The notes under the pieces were generated by a model. The model saw only the letters and a program-made list of their open reading frames with translations, was not told the origin of the DNA and made no database searches. A stretch of DNA of 64,000 nucleotides from the NCBI GenBank assembly GCA_963842525.1, contig CAWJGT010000023.1:224001-288000 (forward strand). The letters run 5' to 3'. Position numbers and translations under genes: made by a program. Origin of the DNA: an uncultured Holophagales bacterium. GTDB taxonomy: Bacteria > Acidobacteriota > Thermoanaerobaculia > Multivoradales > UBA5704. Shown here piece by piece: positions 52,316 through 64,000 of the stretch. The stretch's first letter is position 1; each line of letters starts with the position of its first letter.

Positions 52316-55300
52316 CAGTCCGCCCAATCGCCTGAAGGAGACGGTCCGCCAGCACCCGGACGTTCTCCGGGTCCTCGATCGCGGTCACATGGTTGCCCGG
52401 CACGGGCACGATGTCGATCTCTCTAGTCAGGGCTGCCCAGCCATGGGACAGATCGCTGTCAGTCCCGTCCGGTTGCTCCTCGGCAGCGAAGAAGGTGACG
52501 CGGCCTGGATAGGGGGCTGGATGATCGGTACGCGCCACCTCCAAGTGAGCCTTGAACCGGGCGAGAAGACGGCGCGCGTTGTCGGGGGACCAGTCCGGCG
52601 GCAGGTCGCCCCGGCGCTTCGCCTGCTCGACCAGGGCGGCGACCGGATCGGCGGCGCGCCGCAGCTCGTCGCGGTCGGCCGGAAAATCGCCCAGCGCTTC
52701 GATCAGGAGATCGGCATCGCTCGCTCCCGGCCGGCCGGGCGGCTCGACGAGGCCGGTGTCGATCATCCCCAGGAAAGCCACCTCTTCGCCTTCGGCTCGG
52801 AGCTGGCGGGCCATTTCAAAGACGACCCGGCCGCCGAAGGACCAGCCTGCCAGGAGGTAGGGTCCGGCGGGCTGGACGGTCCGCACATGCCGCAGGTACT
52901 CCGCGGCGAGGCCGGCCAGGCTGCGCGAGGTCTCGGCGGGTGCCACGTCCTGGAGCCCCCAGACCGGCTGATCCAGGCCGAGGGCGCGCGCCAGGTCGAA
53001 ATAGGAGAGGACCTGGCCGCCGGCCGGATGGACCAGGAAAAGCGGCGGACGCGCTCCTCCCTCCTGAATGCGCACGAGCGGTGACTCCTCTCCTTCCGTC
53101 GCCTCCCGGCGCAGGAGCCGAGCCAGGTCCTCGACCGTGGGCGCCTGGAAGAGCGTCGCGAGCGGGAGCGTGCGATCCAGATCCTGCGCGATGCGGGCCA
53201 TCAGGCGGACGGCGAGCAGGGAGTGGCCGCCCAGGTCGAAGAAGTTGTCCGTGACTCCGACCGGCGCGGTCTCCAGCACCTCCTCCCAGATGCAGGCGAG
53301 ACGCAGCTCGAGACCGTCCCGAGGTGGCACCCGGAGGGCGGCGCGCTCGACCGTCGGCAGCAGGTCCGGCAGGGCGCGGCGGTCGACCTTGCCGTTGGGG
53401 TTGAGAGGCAGCCGGTCGAGCGGCACGAAGACGGACGGGACCATGTAGGCGGGAAGGCGTTCCCGCAGCCGCTCGCGCAGCTCGTCCAGAGCCGGAGGCT
53501 GGGCCGAATCGAGCACCACGAAGGCCACCACCCGCTTTTCTCCGCTCGGAGCATCGCGCCCCACGACCACCGACTCGCGCACGCCGGGCAGCCGGCCCAG
53601 CTCGGCCTCGATCTCGCCGGGCTCGACGCGATAGCCGCGGATCTTGATCTGCTGGTCGGCGCGACCGGCCGCCGCCACCTCGCCGTCGGGCAGGTAGCGG
53701 CCGAGGTCGCCGGTCAGGTAGACCCGATCGGCCGGATACCCCGTGAATGGATTGGCCACGAACCGCCTCTCGGTCTGCTCGGGGTCGTCCAGATAACCGT
53801 GCGCGAGGTGCGGGCTGCGGATGGCGATCTCGCCGACCTCCCCGATCCCTGCCAGTCCGGCACCGCGTGAGAGGACGAGAAGCTGGACGTCGCGCTTGCC
53901 GCGGCCCAGAGGCAGGATCTGCCGCTCGCGCGCCTCGCCCTCGCCTTCGAGGCACCCCTCCTCCACCAGGTGATAGCTCAGGGCGCGCTGGGATTCCGTG
54001 GCGCCGTAGACGTTCACGCAGACCGCCTGCGGAGCGAGCCGCCGGACACGGGCGACATCGCGCCGGGTCAGGATGTCGCCGGCGAGGACGGCGCAGCGCA
54101 GATCGGGGAGAACCTCACCCTCTCCCTCCGTCAGGAGCTGCGCCATGGCCGGGGTGAGGTGAGTGACGGTGATCCGCTCGTGCCGCATCCAGTCCGCGAG
54201 ATAGCCCGGCTCGCCGATCCGGCCGGGGTCGGGGATGCAGAGGGTCGCGCCGATCGACAGGGAGTAGAAGACATCGCGCTGGAGCGGGTCATGAGCGAGC
54301 CCCGAGAGCAGGGTGAAGCGGTCGGACTGGTGATAGCCCAGGACGTCCTGGTGCCAGGGGATGAAATGCGACATGGACCCGTGCGTCTGGAGGATCCCTT
54401 TCGGGACCCCGGTTGATCCCGAGGTGAAGGCCACGGCGGCGATATCGTGCGGACCGATGTGGGAAGGAAAGGCCGGCCCTCGCCCTGGGTTTACACCCTG
54501 GGCTACCGAATGCCGCCCTCCGGGCTCTTGAGAGCCGAGGATTCCAGAGCCCGGAGGGCGGAACTGGGTAGCCCCGGGTGTCAACCCGGGGCGAGTGATG
54601 GCCAGCCGGAACACCCCCTCGCCAGCCACATACTCCTCCACCACCGCCGGCAACGGCCCGGCCGCCTCGACGTGCAGCACGGCGCGCGGTCGGGCGAGGC
54701 GAAGAATGTCCACGAGGCGGGCCGGCGGGTAGACAGGGTCCAGGATGCCGAAGGCCGCACCGGACCGCAGAATGCCCAGCAGAGCCTGGATCAGCCCCGA
54801 GCTGCGATGAGCATAGACGGCCACCCGGTCCCCCTTGCCGATCCCCTCGGATCGCAAAAGGTCGGCCAGGTGGTCCACCGCCCGATCGAGCTCGCCGTAC
54901 GTCCAATCACCACAGGGCTCGGTGAGGGCGATACGCTCCGGATGGCGCCGCGCCTGCTCTGTAAAGAGGTCGTGGACCGCTCCCACCCAGAGTGGATCGA
55001 GACGCGCCTGCGGATCGGGCAGCACGGTCCGCGCCTCGACAGTCAGCAGCGAGTAGGTGTCGATGGGCGCTTCGGGCCGCTCCGCGATCTGGGCGACCAG
55101 GCAGGCGTACTGGCGCAGCATCTCCTCCATGCGATTCCGGTCGAAGAGGTCCGTGTTGTAGACCAGGTTCAGGATCAGGCCGTCCCCCCGCTCCGCCAGG
55201 TAGAGGGTGAGGTCGAACTTGGCGAGCACGCCGCCGGGTTCGTAGGGCTCGATCTCCAGCCCCGGCAGGTCGAGCCGGGCGGCCGGCGCGTTGAGCATGT

Positions 55301-58300
55301 TGAAAAGGACCTGGAAGAGCGACGGCCGCGACAGGTCGCGCTCCGGGCGCAGCTCCTCTAGAAGCTTTTCGAAGGGGACGTCCTGGTGGGCATAGGCCCC
55401 GAGGGCGGTCTCGCGCACCCGGCGGACCAGCTCCGGGAACGCCGGACGGCCCGAGAGGTCGGCGCGCAGCACCAGGGTGTTGAGGAAGCAGCCGATCAGC
55501 CCTTCGACCTCGGGCTGGGTACGGCCTGCGATGGGCGACCCCACGGCGAGGTCCTCCTGTCCGCTCAGGCGAGACAGCAGGATCTGGAACGCGGCAAGCA
55601 GGACCATGAAGAGCGACGCGCCCTGCGTCTGACCGATCCTCCGGAGGCGATCGACGAGGGCCGGCGGCAGGAGCCGCAGCTCCGAGGCGCCGTGGAAGGT
55701 CTGGACCGGCGGACGCGGCCGGTCGGCTGGGAGATCCAGAACCGGCGGCAGGCCACGCAGGCGCTCGCGCCAGTAGCCCACCTGGGATTCGAGCGCCTCG
55801 CCCGCGAGCCAGCCCCGCTGCCAGCGGGCGAAGTCGGTGTACTGGACCGGCGGCTCGGGCAGGATCTCGCCGCGATAGAGCGCGGCGATCTCGTGCGCCC
55901 AGAGCCCCATGGACCAGCCGTCGCAGGCGATGTGGTGGGTGAGGAAGAGTGCAGCGCTCTCGTTCCCGCCCAGCCGCACGAACAGGGCTCGGACCAGGGG
56001 GCCGCGTTCGAGGTCGAACGGCCGCAGCGCCTCCTCCCCCATCACCCGTCGCGCCTCCTCTTCTCGGACAGTTTCAGGGAGAGCCGCGAGATCGACCGTC
56101 GCCAGAAGGCTCGCAGGCCCGGGCTCGACCACCTGGAGCGGCTGGCCATCCTGGACCGGGAACCGCGTGCGCAGCGTCTCGTGCCGCCGCACGATCTCGC
56201 AGAGCGCCCGGTCGAGGGCCGCCGCGTCCAGGCCGCCGTGCAGCCGGAAGGCCGTCGGCATGTTGTAGGCCGCGCCGTCGATCTCGAGCTGCTGCAGGAA
56301 CCAGATCCGCTCCTGGGAGAAGGAAAGCGGCGCCGGACCGGCTCCTGGATCGCGACGGATCGTTGGCACGACGGCCGCCGCCGGATGGCGCGCCTCCAGC
56401 CAGGCCGCCAGACCCGCCACGGTCGGTGCATCGAAGAGGGCCGTCACGTGCAGCGTCTCGCCAAGGCGCCGCCGCAGACGATTGATGAGCACGGCGCCCT
56501 TGATCGAATCGCCGCCGAGCGCGAAGAAGTTGTCGTCCACGCCGAAGGGGACCCCCAGGGCTTCGCGCCAGAGCTCCGCGATCAACTCTTCGAGCGGCGT
56601 CTGCGGAGCGGTCCTCTCCTCTGTGCCGGCTTCGATGCCGACGAACGGGTCGGGCAGGGCACTGCGGTCGATCTTGCCGCTGGCGGTAAGCGGCAGGGCT
56701 TCCAGCTCCACGAAGATGGTCGGGAAGCATGTAGTCGGGGAGGCGGTGGCGGAGGAAAGTGTGGACCTCACCCCCTAGCCCCCTCTCCCATCGCCCCCCC
56801 ACCGACCGGGAGAGGGGGAACGTAGTGCTTGCAGGTGTGGCGATAGCAGGCGGCAAGCCCTCCAGGTGTTCCCGCAAGGCCGATGCCTGGACCTCGCCGG
56901 AGAGCTGAGCATGCGTCCCCCCTCTCCCGGTGGAAGAGGGGGCGATGGGAGAGGGGGACAGGGGGTGAGGACCCGGCACCACATACGCCACCAGCGCCAG
57001 CCCCCCGCCTCCCTGCGGCCGGGCCACGACCACGCACTGCCGCACGGCAGGGATGCTCGGCCACGACAGCGGTCACCTCTCCGACCTCGATGCGGAAGCC
57101 GCGGATCTTGACCTGATGGTCGCGCCTGCCCAGGAACTCCAGCACGCCATCGGGCAGGAGGCGAGCGAGGTCGCCGGTGCGATAGAGGCGGGCACCGGCC
57201 TCGAACGGGTCCGGCACGAAAGCCTCGGCGGTCCGTGCCGGATCGCCGAGATAGCCGCGGCCCACTCCCGTTCCGCCGATAAAGAGCTCACCGGCTGCAC
57301 CAATCGGCAGCGGACGCAAGGCAGCATCGAGCACGTGCAGCCGGATGTTGGCAAGCGGCCGGCCGATCGGAGTGACCACCGCGGAAGGACCCGGCGGAGT
57401 ACGCTTCAGGTGCTGGCTCACCCGGTCGGTGCACTCGGTCGGGCCGTAGGCATCGACCAGCGGGATGTGGGGATAGATCGCGTGCCAGCCGCGGGCGAGA
57501 TCAGGCGGCAGCGCCTCGCCGGTGGCGATCAGCCAGCGCAGCGCCTCGAGCCGTGGGTACGAATCGACCGCATGAAGCATGGCACCCAGGAGCGACGGCA
57601 CGACCTCCAGGACCGTGATCCGTTCGCGATCGGCCTCCTCCAGCAGGGAGACGGGATCGCGCACGACCTCGGTCCGGACGATCTGCACGCGGCCTCCCAC
57701 GAGCAGGGCCGCCAGGGACTGCCAGATGGAGATATCGAAGATCTGGGGAGCGGTCTGGGCGACCACGTCCTTCCCGGTCAGATCGAGACTGGCGATCCTG
57801 GCCCGCAGGTGGTTGAGCAGGCCGCGGTGGGTCAGCATCGCGCCCTTAGGTACCCCGGTCGAGCCCGACGTGAAGATCACATAGGCCAGGTTGTCCGGCA
57901 GAGGGCGGACGGGCAAGGCGGCGAGAGCCTCGTCGTTGCCAGAAGCCAGGAGTTGGGCGAGATCAATGATCTCGGGAGTCGGATAGGTGGCGGAAAAAGC
58001 CCCCGCAGGGGGCGCAGGCATAAAGCCTGGGGTTTCAACCCCAGGAAGGGAGTCCCCCCGATTTTCCCCAAGCCCCGAAGGGGCGCAGGCAGCTTCTCCA
58101 CCCACTCGGGGTTGGAACCCCGCTCCCGATGCCTCCGCCCCTTCGGGGCTTGGAATCAATATGGGCTGCTGTCCTGGGGTTGAAACCCCAGGCTTTATGC
58201 CGACGCCCCGTTGGGGCTTCCCCACCCGATCCGCCGCTGAGTCGGGTGATGAAGAGACGATCACCCACCGCGCACCGCTCTGCTCCAGGATCTGCTCCCG

Positions 58301-61300
58301 CCGGCGCGGCGGGTGGGCAGGAGCGAGAGGCAGGTAGACGCTACCAGCCTCCAAGATCGCCAGCAGAGCGATCAGATATTCGGGGCTCCGCTCGCCGAGG
58401 ACGCCAACAACCATCTCGGGACCGACACCGCGGGCGATCAGCCGGCGGGCGGCACGTTTGACGCTCTCGCGCCAACTCGGCATAGGTGAGCGTCCGGCCC
58501 TCGCAGGCCACCGCGATTACTCCCGGCGTGAGCTCGGCCTGGCGCGCGAACAGCTCTGGGAAGCAGGCTTCCGACAGCTCGGTGGCCCGATCGTTCCATT
58601 CGATCAGCGCCTGATGGCGCTCGCCTTCCGTCAGCAACGGCAGGTCAGTCAGCGAGCACCCGGGATCAGCCAGGAGCCCGCGCAGCAGCACCTGGAGCTG
58701 GCCGATCAGGCGCTGGACGGTCGCGCCGTCGAACAGGGCCGTGTTGTAGCGCCACTCGCCGGAAAGGCCGTCCTCCCCCGCTTCGAAGTGGAGCACCATG
58801 TCGAATTTCGTGGTCCGGCTCTCGACCTCCGGGATTTCCAGGACCAGGCCGGGCAGGTCGATCCCGGCGGCCTGGTCGCCCGGCATCTCAAGGACCTGGA
58901 AGAGAACCTGGAAGAGCGGCGTATGGGAGAGAGAGCGCTCCGGCCGCAGCTCGGCGACGAGCTTCTCGAACGGCATGTCCTGATGGGCAAAGGCCGAGAG
59001 CGCTGTCTCGCGCACACGTCCGATCAGCTCCAGGCCGCCCATGTCGGCCGATATCGGGACGCGCAGCACCAGGGAGTTGACGAAGAAACCGATCAGTCCC
59101 TCGATCTCGCCGCGATTGCGGTTTGCGCTCGGCACCCCGACCACGATGTCGCCCCCGCCCGTGAGCCGGTGGAGCAACGCGTCGAACGCGGCGAGGAGGG
59201 TCATGAACAGCGTCGAGCCGGCGCGGCGGCCGAAGGCGTGCAGGGCGGCCGTCAGCTCGGCGTGCAGCACCACCGGTCGCGCATCGCCTTCGAAGGACTG
59301 GGCGGCCGGCCTTGGGCGGTCGAGAGGCAGGTCGAGCACCGCAGGGGCGCCGGCCAAGCGCTCGCGCCAGAAGCGGAGGTACTCCTCCAGGACCTCTCCC
59401 CGCAGCCACTCCCGCTGCCAGAGAGCGAAGTCCGCGTACTGGATCGGCAGCTCGGGCAGGGGCGCCAGCTCGCGCGATCCACCTTGCCGGTAGAAGGTGG
59501 CCAGCTCGCGGATCAGGATGCCCATGGACCAGCCGTCCGAGACCACGTGGTGCATGGTCAGAAGCGCCAGATGCTCGGTCCTTGAGAGCCGCAACAGGGC
59601 GGCGCGCAGCAACGGGCCATCGACCAGGTCGAACGGCCGCTCGGCCTCCTCGCAGGCCAGCCGGCCGGCTTCCGTCTCCCTGAGCCCGGCCGGCAGGACT
59701 TCCAGATCGACCTGCGGCAGCGTGCCGGACCGCGGCGGATCGATCACCTGGACGGGATGCCCTTCAACCGTCGGGAACCGGGTGCGCAGACTCTCGTGAC
59801 GGGCCACGACGGCGTCCAGTCTGCGCCCGAGCGCCGCCGCATCGAGGGTCCCGGTCAGCCGGACCACCATCGGCATGTTGTAGGTCGAGGTCCCGGGCTG
59901 GAGCTGTTCCAGGAACCAGAGCCGCTCCTGGGCGAAGGAGAGCGGCAGGTCCGCCGAGTCGTCCCCATCGCGCGGCACGATCGGCGGTGCCTGCCGGGCC
60001 GGATCGGCGCGCAGGAGGCCGCCGATCCGCAGGGCCAGACCGGCGATCGTCGGCGCTTCGAAGAGCCAGCGCAGTGGGATCTCGACGCCGAATACCGAGC
60101 GCACCCGCGAGACCGCCTGGATGGCGAGCAGCGAATGCCCGCCGAGCGCGAAAAAGTCGCTCTCGATCCCCGGGCGCTCGATGCCGAGCACATCGGTCCA
60201 GACCGCCGCGAGCATCTCCTCCACCGGATCGCGCGGCGCCGTGGTCCCCTCCTCCACCCCCTCCGATTCCAGATCCAGCCGCGCCAGAACACCGCGGTCC
60301 GGCTTGCCGTTCGGCGTGAGCGGCATGCTCGGAAGGACCAGGATCGCCGCGGGCAGCATGTACTCGGGGAGGCGCGCCGCGAGCCAGTCCCGTACCCGGG
60401 CGGCCACCCCCTCCCCCGACCCCTCCCCCGCGCGTCCACCATCCCCCACCCCGAGCGGGAGAGGGGCGCCACCACCCAGCCCGCTCTCCTTCCCCCTCTC
60501 CCGTTCGGGGAGGGAGGTCGGGGGACGCACGGGAGAGGGGGCCAGGGGGTGAGGGCTCGGCACCACGTAGGCCACGAGGCCGCGCCCGCCCGGCAGACCC
60601 TCCCGCACACCGACGACCGCCTCCCGGAGGCCCGGACAGCCGGAGAGCGCCGCCTCCACCTCGCCGGGCTCGATGCGGAACCCGCGGACCTTCACCTGGC
60701 GGTCGATCCTTCCCACGAAGCGGAGGTTGCCGTCGGGCAGCCAGAGGACCCGGTCGCCGGTGCGGTAGAGCCGCGCCCCGGGCTCGCCCTGGAGAGTGCC
60801 CGACGGATCAGGCACGAAGCGCTCGGCCGTCACGTCCGGCCGGCCGAGATAGCCGCGCGCCAGGCCGTCGCCGCCGGTCAAGAGCTCCCCAGGGACACCC
60901 GGCGGCACCGGCTGGAACGCCTCGTCCAGGACCTGAACGGTCGTGCCGGGGATCGGCTGGCCGATCGGCACCGGGCTCCCGGGCGGGATCGGCTCGCGGA
61001 TCGTGAACATGGTCGTGTGCGTGGTGTTCTCGGTCGGGCCGTAGCCGTTGATCAGCGTGCACCCCGGCATCTCGGCCAGCATCCGGTTGACCGCTTCGGG
61101 CGCAAGGACATCGCCGCCGGGCAGGGCCTCCGCGAGGTCGCGCAGGATTTCGATCCCGTGCGTCACGATCTGATGGAAAAGCCCCGTGGTCGGCCAGAGG
61201 ATGGTTACGGCGTGCCGCTCCAGCAGCCCGCGCAGCTCCCCCAGAGAGAGGGCTTCGCCCGGTCCCAGGACCAGCCGGCCGCCGTTCAGCAGCATCCCCC

Positions 61301-64000
61301 AGATCTCCGCCGTGGAGCCGTCGAAGGTGATCGGCGAAATCTGGAGCATGGTCGCGTCCGGCGGGAACCGGCCAAGAGTCAGCCGCACGATGCCGCGGTG
61401 CTCGATCGCAACGGCCTTGGGCACGCCGGTCGAGCCGGAGGTGAACATGACGTAGGCGAGGCCCTCACCCCCCTGGCCCCCCTCTCCCAACCGCACTCCC
61501 ACCTCCCGGGAGAGGGGGGAAAAAGCAGGAGAGATCTCGGAGTTGGAGAGAGCCACATCTCCCCTCTCCCGGAGGTTCGGGAGTGCGGATGGGAGAGGGG
61601 CCGGGGGTGAGGGGTCTGGGCCGACCGTGCGCGCTCCTGGGATCTCGAGGCTCTGCGCGCCCTCCGTCACGATGAGCCCGACCCCTGCCTGCGCCACCAT
61701 CTGCGCCAGCCGCTCCTGCGGATCGCCGAGGTCGAGCGGGACGTACGCACCTCCCGCCTCGAGGAGCGCCAGGAACAGGACGATCCGCTCGATCGAGGGT
61801 CCGAGAGCGATGCCCACCGGAGACTCAGGTCCTACGCCCTGGGCACGCAGCCAGTGGGCCACCTGGTTGGCCCGGACGTTCAGCGCGCCGTAGCTCAGGC
61901 AGGCGTCGCCGTCGACCAGGGCGATCCGGTCCGGCTCTTCCACGGCCTGGCGCTCGAAAAGACGGTGGACAGGGATTTCGGTATCCGGGACCGACCCGCC
62001 GTCTCCCCACGCGCCGAGTTGACGCAGCTCGGTCTCGGACAGCAGAGAGGCCTCCTCGTGGAGCACGTCCGGCGCGGAAACCATGGCGGCAAGCGCGCGA
62101 ACGTAGGTGCCGGCCATGGCCTCGGCCTGGCGGGAATCGACCTCCGATTCCTGATAGCTCAGCCGCAAGTCGAGCCGAGTGCCCGACGGATCGAGCTGAA
62201 AGCTCGGACCCAGCGGAAAGTCGGTCTCCTCGTAGCCGTACCAGTCGAGCAGCTCGACGCCCGGGGCCTCCTGAACCGCCTGGTAGACGTGGAAGTGGAC
62301 GAAGTTGAAGACCGTGTCGAAGAGCGGTCCGCCGTCGCGCTCCGCCTGCAACTCGGCCAGCGGAAAGCGCCGGTGCGGCAGCATCTCCCTTTCCGTCTCG
62401 AAGGTCGCGCGGACCAGGCCGGCCCAGCTCTCGGCGCCCAGATGTGCCCGGAACGGCAGGGTGTTGAGGAAGAGCCCCAGTGCCCGGTCGCTCCCCTCGG
62501 TCTCGGGCCGGCCGTTGGCGACCAACCCGGTGATCACCTCGCGGCGGCCCGTCCACCGGGAGAGCACCTTGAGATGGGCCGCGAGCAGGACGCTCTTCAA
62601 GGGGACGCCGACCGCGCGGGAAACTGCCCGCAGACCGTCGAGGGTCTCGCCGGGGATGGCCACGACCACATCGCGCGCCCTGCCGGCGAGCTTCCCTTCC
62701 ACGGGCCAGCGCGGCAGCCGGCTCGGCTCGGCCCCGGCAAGCCGTTCCCGCCAGAAGCCGCGGGTCTCGGACGATGCGAGGGCCATCTGTTCCAGCCGCA
62801 CGAAGTCGCGGAACGCGGCGGGCGGCGGCTCCTCGTTTACGGGCTTCTCGGAGACATAGCCGCGGAACAGCTCGGCGAGGAGCGACGCCGCGCTCCAGCC
62901 GTCGAGCACCGAGTGATGGAAGCTCAGGGTCAGTTGAAAGACGTCCTCGTCCAGCCGGTGGACGTGGAAGCGCACCAGCGGCGGCCGGCTCCAGGAGAAG
63001 CCGCGGTGCCGCTCCGACTCCAGCCAGGCCGCCACGACTTCCGCCCGCTCGCCCTCCGGCAGGCCCCGCAAGTCCTCCAGCTCGAACGGCGCCTCGACCT
63101 CTCCATGGACGAGCTGGATCGGCTCGTCGAACGAATTCAGATCGAACGAGGTCCGCAGCACCGGGTGGCGGGCCAGGGCGCTCTCGACCGCGAGACGCAG
63201 CCGTGCGGCATCGAAGGGAGCGCGCAGGCGGGCGCTGAAGACGTCGTGGTAGACCGCTGTCTCCGGGCTGTACTCGGTGTGGAAGAGCATGCCGGCCTGG
63301 AGGCGGGCTAGGGGGTAGGCGTCGATGATGGAGACCTCACCCCCTGTCCCCCTCTCCCATCTCCCACCCTCCCATCCCCGGGAGAGGGGGGACGTAGTTG
63401 TTGCCTGTGTGGCGAGCTCGCGGAACGGCTCCGAATGCGTTCCCCCTCTCCCGGCGGGGGATGGAAGGGAGATGGGAGAGGGGGCCAGGGGGTGAGGACT
63501 CCCGCCCACCTCCCGCGCCAGCTCCCGCAGCACCGGATGATGAAAGAGCTGCTGAAGGCTCAGCTCGATCCCACGTTCGCGCGCCAGGGCCAGCACCCGC
63601 AGGCTCAGGATCGAGTCGCCGCCCAGGGCGAAGAAGCTGTCCCGCGCCCCCACCCGCTCGACGCCCAGGACTTCCTCCCAGACCTCGGCGAGCGTCTCCT
63701 CCACCAGCGTAGCCGGCGGCTCGAAGCCCTCCGTGGCCACCACCTCGGGCCGGACCTCCAGCCGCGCGAGAGCCCGCCGGTCCAGCTTGCCGTTGGGTGT
63801 GAGCGGCAGCGCGTCGACCTCCACGAAGGCGGCCGGAATCATGTGGTCGGGGAGACGGATGCGGAGGAAAGCCAGAACCTCACCCCCTGTCCCCCTCTCC
63901 CATCGCCCCCCCACCGACCGGGAGAGGGGGGACGTAGTGCTGGCTGGTGTGGCAATAGCGGGCGTCAAGTCCTCGGGGCGTTCCGCGGGAACAACATCCT
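52281..64000 (-). CDS. Non-ribosomal peptide synthetase, 3' part: (A)-T-C-A-T-C-A-T-C-A-T-TE; three apparent frameshifts (~58470, ~57045, ~56725)
   Basis: T motifs GGDSI/GGHSL x4; C motifs HHSVLDGWS, HHVVSDGWS, HHIACDGWS; A motifs FTSGSTG.PK, YGPTE, YRTGD, TPNGKLDR; TE GWSFGG...PGNH. Confidence 0.93.
54480..54594. repeat. Family-2 palindromic insert, in frame in the last A domain
   Basis: CCCTGGGTTTACACCCTGGGCTACC...GGTAGCCCCGGGTGTCAACCCGGGG, translated RPGLTPGATQFRPPGS...SVAQGVNPGR. Confidence 0.8.
56766..56970. repeat. Family-1 palindromic insert, in frame in the A C-terminal subdomain
   Basis: Translated [18 protein letters not shown]...[19 protein letters not shown] between LVAYVVP and FLRHRLPDYM. 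Confidence 0.85.
57998..58218. repeat. Family-2 palindromic insert, in frame in an A domain
   Basis: GGCATAAAGCCTGGGGTTTCAACCCCAGG...CCTGGGGTTGAAACCCCAGGCTTTATGCC, translated GIKPGVSTPG...GVETPGFMP. Confidence 0.85.
60408..60555. repeat. Family-1 palindromic insert, in frame in the A C-terminal subdomain
   Basis: Translated PHPLAPSPVRPPTSLPERERG...GRAGEGSGEG between LVAYVVP and RDWLAARLPEYM. Confidence 0.85.
61462..61613. repeat. Family-1 palindromic insert, in frame just before core motif A3
   Basis: Translated PSPPAPLPSALPNLRERG...SPLSREVGVRLGEGGQGGEG immediately before LAYVMFTSGSTG. Confidence 0.85.
63335..63497. repeat. Family-1 palindromic insert, in frame in the T-C linker
   Basis: Translated [19 protein letters not shown]...[20 protein letters not shown] between ELAREV and DAYPL. 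Confidence 0.85.
63878..64000. repeat. Family-1 palindromic insert, in frame in the A C-terminal subdomain (continues beyond window)
   Basis: Translated [19 protein letters not shown] before LAFLRIRLPDHM. Confidence 0.8.

Noticed and set aside
56700-58480. Three frame breaks in the NRPS, suggesting split genes or damage by the repeats
   Set aside because: The breaks lie outside the repeat inserts and look like the same indel errors. Read data are needed to exclude true pseudogenisation.

Overview
High-GC bacterial chromosomal window. Gene style and repeat families suggest Acidobacteriota, possibly Thermoanaerobaculia (inference). Frameshifts in essential genes suggest an imperfect long-read consensus. 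From left to right it holds: a surface-glycan locus (flippase-like protein, GT-C transferase, wecE, methyltransferase, GT2, WbqC, sulfotransferase, DegT-like enzyme, Wzm/Wzt, GT4) interleaved with three secreted proteins; comM; a SCO/PCuAC/cytochrome c/ELWxxDGT operon; a debris zone with a decayed toxin-antitoxin pair and an orphan integron gene cassette with a clear attC; an FGE-domain protein and a giant membrane-anchored multicopper oxidase; an ECF sigma factor; a DUF4160/DUF2442 pair; a 5'-truncated MmeI-like methyltransferase; M23 peptidase, secA, guaB, a BaiN-family flavoprotein and yaeQ; a nucleotidyltransferase-like pair; DUF3179 and YfiT/BstA; and the 3' 11.7 kb of a multimodular NRPS ending in a thioesterase. 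The most striking observation is that this NRPS carries seven in-frame insertions of palindromic repeats from two families. The same families also occur between genes here. The insertions fall in homologous loops of successive adenylation domains and in a T-C linker, and I saw none in any other CDS.
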